From NCBI RefSeq assembly GCF_020740795.1, contig NC_067310.1, positions 429,940 through 493,939 of the forward strand: a stretch of DNA of 64,000 nucleotides, in the 5' to 3' direction. The notes under the pieces are model-generated. The model searched no databases, was not told the origin of the DNA, and saw only the letters and a list, made by a program, of their open reading frames with translations. The DNA is from Apus apus (taxonomy: Eukaryota). Each line of letters begins with the position of its first letter. Within the stretch, counting starts at the first letter, position 1. The translations under genes and the position numbers were made by a program. Shown piece by piece: positions 60,376 through 64,000 of the stretch.

Positions 60376-61322
60376 TCTCACCCCGTGGCTTTTAAGGCAG
60401 CAAGTTGTGAAGTTTTATGTGCATTAATATATACTATATCTGGATTCCTGCCCAAATCCTTTACCTCCTCATTTGATCCTTCCCCTCCTTGGGTGTTAGC
60501 TGGAATATATACGTAGGAACAAGGGAACAATTCCCATACAGTGTATACAATGATACGTCTAACAATCTAACATATCTTCGAAAGCTCCAGGACTACTACT
60601 TATTATTATTTTTAACAAACAAGTAATGCACAGTATTAATAAAACATTGTAAACATTCAAATTTACCAATCATCTAGTCTAAATCACCTTCTTACTAACA
60701 TATCAGACTCTTATTACTTCTGACAGTTATTAGATTGCTCAATTGTTATTCTTGAACCAGACGAGAGCATTTATACTATCATTCACCCTTGGATCCTGAG
60801 GTGCTTGTTCTAGTGGGAATCTTTAGTGAAGTCGTCTTACTCGAGCACAGTTCATTCACGAAGGTCATACGCTGGCTATACATGGATATAAGATTAGGAA
60901 TAGAATAATTGCAGTTATTATAACACAAACTCAGTTTTCAAGGAAGAAGAAAAGAAAAAATTGATCATTTAGGGAATTCCCAAACTTAAATCAAGTTCTT
61001 GTCACTTCAGTGAGTTTTGTAATAATGTTCTGATTTCCATCCAAGATAACATATTGCAAACAGCAACTCAAAGGCAAGTACAGAAGGAGACAATATTACA
61101 GAGCACCTTGTTTAGGCCATGGGGTGATCAGTCCCACAGCGGTCACAAAGTAGCTCCTCTGGAGTCCAGTAACAGGTTGATCAGGCCTGGTACTGTCACC
61201 AGGATGTCTCTGGCTCTTTAAGCTGTCATGCTTTGCAATATATTGATTAACATCGTTAGACATAAATACACAGAGATACAAACACACATACAAAACTGAA
61301 ACACCGATTTACTCAACATGAA

Positions 61323-62207
61323 TTATCCATTTTGTACTGATTTTATGTTTTCATTGAAATTGGATGCAACCCATGTATTTGAATTCACCGGTGTTTGTAA
61401 GGTGAGCTTGACCTTACCAATGTGCGGCAAATTTGCCAGGACAATTTGTCCAGGATGGAGAGGAGTTTTAGATTGCTTAAAAGACCTTTTATTTTCTCTG
61501 TGATCTTGAGTGGGTAATTCAGGGAAAAAGTCATTCAGGTGGGGGCACCCATTCACTCCCCACCTATTGTTTATAGTAGTGACTGCACACCTTAACCTTT
61601 CATCCCATTTCGAGTCCTGTGGGTGAATAAGGCTTTTAATTAACCCATTAGTGTGTTCCACTATCCCATTAGCTTGTGGGTAGTATGGGACATGAAATGT
61701 CCATTTAATACCTTCCCTCTTACCCCACCATTGTACAAGGCGTGAGATGAAGTGAGTTCCATTGTCAGACTGGATATTTGTGGGTTTAGGTAGAATTCCA
61801 AAGACCTTTTCTAAGAAGCAAATCATGTTTTCACCATTTGCCTTAGAAACAGCTTTGGCACAGGTCAATCCTGACACCACTTCCACAATCACAATGACAT
61901 ATTGTTTGTTTCCTGATCTTCGGAAGGGACCGATGTGTTCCACCTGCTATGTGGACCACAAGGGTTTTCCTTCCCTGATATGCAGAGTGTCAGTTGTTAG
62001 GGGATGTTCCCCAAGTCTAATTTTGCAAAGATCACATGAGGAAATAACTGTTTTGCACTGCTCACGGGTGACAGGCCACCCACGAGCTTGTGCCTTTTTG
62101 TCTAGATCAAAGATTCCTGAATGGCCCCTCTTACAGTGAAGCCATTCGAGCAATCTTTTCCATTCCTGATTTCCTCCTTCTGTGATAGCTAATTGGATTT
62201 CCTTCAC
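61323..62207 (-). pseudogene. Integrase (zinc finger plus catalytic core), split over two frames
   Basis: The ORFs 61947-62207 and 61323-61943 on the same strand are separated by a frameshift. Confidence 0.65.
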
Positions 62208-62536
62208 ATCAGTCCTAGCTAGCTCATCAACATAGTTATTCCACTTACTAGCTTCATCCTTTAGAGCAGCTTGGTGTGAAGGTACCCATCCTACATGAAA
62301 ATTAGGATTCTTTTTGGCAATTTTCAGAATTTATTGCCACTTCTCTTTACGTCAGACAGGCACTCCGTTAATTTCCCAATTATTACTTTCCCAGAAAGTA
62401 ATCCATTCCACACAGCCTTTAAAAACCGCAAAGGAATCTGTGTAAATGTATACAGTGTCCTTGGAGGCTTTTTCTTTTAGGAAAACATTAAGAACAGCGT
62501 CCAATTCTCCCACTTGGGCACTGCCCTTATCTTGGT

Positions 62537-63907
62537 TTATGATTTGTTCGCCTGTGGAAGTTTTAACTGCAGCAGATTTGAACAACTGAGTTTTCCCTTC
62601 TCTTCGGGATCTGTGAACCAAGCATTAACCATTTCACTTCTATATTCTGGGGCTTCTTTGATAGGACTGGGAGCTTTCATTATCAAATCCTTTTCATTTG
62701 TAGATTCAATTTGTTCCTGAATTTTTAATTGTTTATTTGGACCTTCTTCAAGTTGGAACAGTGCAGAATAGTACTCAATTTGACTATACCATTTTCTGAT
62801 TGTCCCCTTTTGGGATATTCCTTCTGGAGGGGCCTTTCCAGACAGTACTTGGTTAACTACCTTGAAGGGGCCTCGAAGAATTACTTTTTGTTTTTTAATG
62901 ATCTTGCTGATTTCTTTTAGTGCTGTACACACTGTTAGCAATCCCTTTTCCAGAACAGAATATCGTTTTTCTGAATCTTTCAATGACTGAGAGTAAAAGC
63001 CAATTGGTTGAGTACTCCCAGTAGGTCCCTGTTGCCAAAAATGATATGATAGGGCACTGGTTGAAAACCCCCACTCTATTACTATTGGATCCTCCGGGTG
63101 AAGGGGCCCCAGAGTTTGGTATGTCTGCGCCTCCAATAACAACAGTTCAAGGGCCTCATCATGAGATTGATCCCATTCCCAGTGACGATTTTTCTTTAAT
63201 AGATCAAAAAGAGGACGTGCTATGATGGATAGGTCTGGGATATGCTTTCTCCAATACTGGAAGGTTCCTAGTATTCCTTGTAGTTCTTTCTTATTGGTGG
63301 GTGCCTTTATCTCTCCTAAGTAAGATAAAGTATCGGAAGGAATATTCCAGGTCCCCCCTTTCCATCTTATTCCCAGAAATTTTGCCTCTTGGGATGGAGG
63401 TTGCTTTTTCTCTTCAGGGATTTCTATTTGCATATCGGTGAGATGCTTGATGATGGCATCATAAACTGCTTTTACCTCCCCCTCACTCTGGCCCCCTACC
63501 AGCACATCATCTATGTATTGATAGACTTTTACCTTGGAATTATTTCTGATTTCTGGAATGTTTTCCAGTTCACACGCAAGTGCGTGATGAGCTAGTGTGG
63601 GTGAGTGTTTATATCCCTGGGGCAACCTTGTGAAAGTGTACTGCACCCCATCCCAAGGGAAGGCAAAATACTTCTGGTCCTCAGGATCAATAGGGATTTG
63701 GAAGAACATATCCTTTATGTCCAGGGAGGCCAGCACTGGGTGTGCTGCTTCCTGGATCTCTAACACCAGATCAGCAATGTTAGGTACAGCAGCTGTGAGT
63801 GCATCTGTATTGGCATTCAATTTCCTGTAGTCGACTGTCATTCTCCATTTACCATTGGGTTTTCTTACAGGCCAAATTGGGGAGTTAAATGGTGAATGAC
63901 AGGGCAC
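62537..63907 (-). CDS. Retroviral reverse transcriptase, uninterrupted 456-aa ORF (the N-terminal PR/RT junction runs past the window edge)
   Basis: All canonical RT blocks are present in one frame (see the 60376-64000 entry). Confidence 0.75.
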   Translation of the reverse strand: MPCHSPFNSPIWPVRKPNGKWRMTVDYRKLNANTDALTAAVPNIADLVLEIQEAAHPVLASLDIKDMFFQIPIDPEDQKYFAFPWDGVQYTFTRLPQGYKHSPTLAHHALACELENIPEIRNNSKVKVYQYIDDVLVGGQSEGEVKAVYDAIIKHLTDMQIEIPEEKKQPPSQEAKFLGIRWKGGTWNIPSDTLSYLGEIKAPTNKKELQGILGTFQYWRKHIPDLSIIARPLFDLLKKNRHWEWDQSHDEALELLLLEAQTYQTLGPLHPEDPIVIEWGFSTSALSYHFWQQGPTGSTQPIGFYSQSLKDSEKRYSVLEKGLLTVCTALKEISKIIKKQKVILRGPFKVVNQVLSGKAPPEGISQKGTIRKWYSQIEYYSALFQLEEGPNKQLKIQEQIESTNEKDLIMKAPSPIKEAPEYRSEMVNAWFTDPEEKGKLSCSNLLQLKLPQANKS

Positions 63908-64000
63908 AATAATGCCCTTTTGTTTTAGATCAGAAATGACTTCTTTGATGCCTTCCTTAGCAGCAACAGGAATGGAATACTGCTTAATATTTGTGATCCT

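Larger units (their letters stand above)
60376..64000 (-). mobile_element. Internal region of an endogenous retrovirus (pol: RT - RNase H - IN, then about 0.95 kb of AT-rich non-coding spacer with no env). It continues beyond the right window edge.
   Basis: Intact 456-aa RT ORF (62537-63907: ..IWPVRKPNGKWRMTVDYRKLN.., LDIKDMFFQIPI, YQYIDDVLV). RNase H ORF (62352-62621, YIYTDSFAVF). IN HHCC finger (61947-62207) and DDE core (61323-61943, IQSDNGTHF..YYPQANGIVEHTN). No env ORF lies between IN and the LTR, which fits an ERV-L-type organisation. Confidence 0.75.

Noticed and set aside
1-64000. Prokaryotic-style features (operons, CRISPR arrays, defence systems) as hinted by the task framing
   Set aside because: The sequence is plainly vertebrate: a spliced MVP gene, CR1 LINEs with avian terminal octamers, ERVs, CpG islands and microsatellites. 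No direct-repeat/spacer architecture or cas-like ORFs are present. A (GT)n tract and a 21-bp minisatellite are the only regular short repeats and lack unique spacers.

Overview
This is eukaryotic, avian-type DNA (chicken-like CR1 LINE 3' ends, GC-rich microchromosome-style sequence), not prokaryotic. One gene is confidently identified: the major vault protein gene (MVP) on the minus strand, about 27.9-40.1 kb. About 16 coding exons can be traced by translation (start codon at 39035, stop at 28010). A CpG-island promoter sits at 39.8-40.1 kb and a 21-bp minisatellite lies in its 5' region. Other host content is an olfactory-receptor pseudogene (5.8-6.8 kb), five plus-strand exons of a CCDC81-like (HU-domain) gene (9.6-11.4 kb), and several GC-rich CpG islands with no assignable gene. 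The rest is mostly repeats. Many CR1 LINE fragments are present in both orientations. At least three retroviral elements are present: (i) a minus-strand ERV-L-like provirus whose 5' LTR (2437-3525), tRNA-Leu primer-binding site (2417-2434) and degenerate gag-like region run off the left edge; (ii) a minus-strand provirus at the right edge with a 3' LTR of the same family (59287-60375) and a pol region containing an intact 456-aa reverse-transcriptase ORF; (iii) a degenerate plus-strand class-I (gamma-like) gag-pro-pol ERV at 49-54 kb, truncated in integrase. A solo LTR of the family in (i) and (ii), with a 5-bp target-site duplication, sits 1.1 kb upstream of the MVP promoter. Other observations are a near-identical 515-bp inverted repeat pair flanking the CCDC81-like exons, several minisatellite and satellite-like arrays, and two unclassified low-copy repeat pairs. 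No CRISPR, rRNA or tRNA genes were recognised. Coordinates of exons and repeats are approximate (within a few bp to tens of bp) because they were derived by eye.
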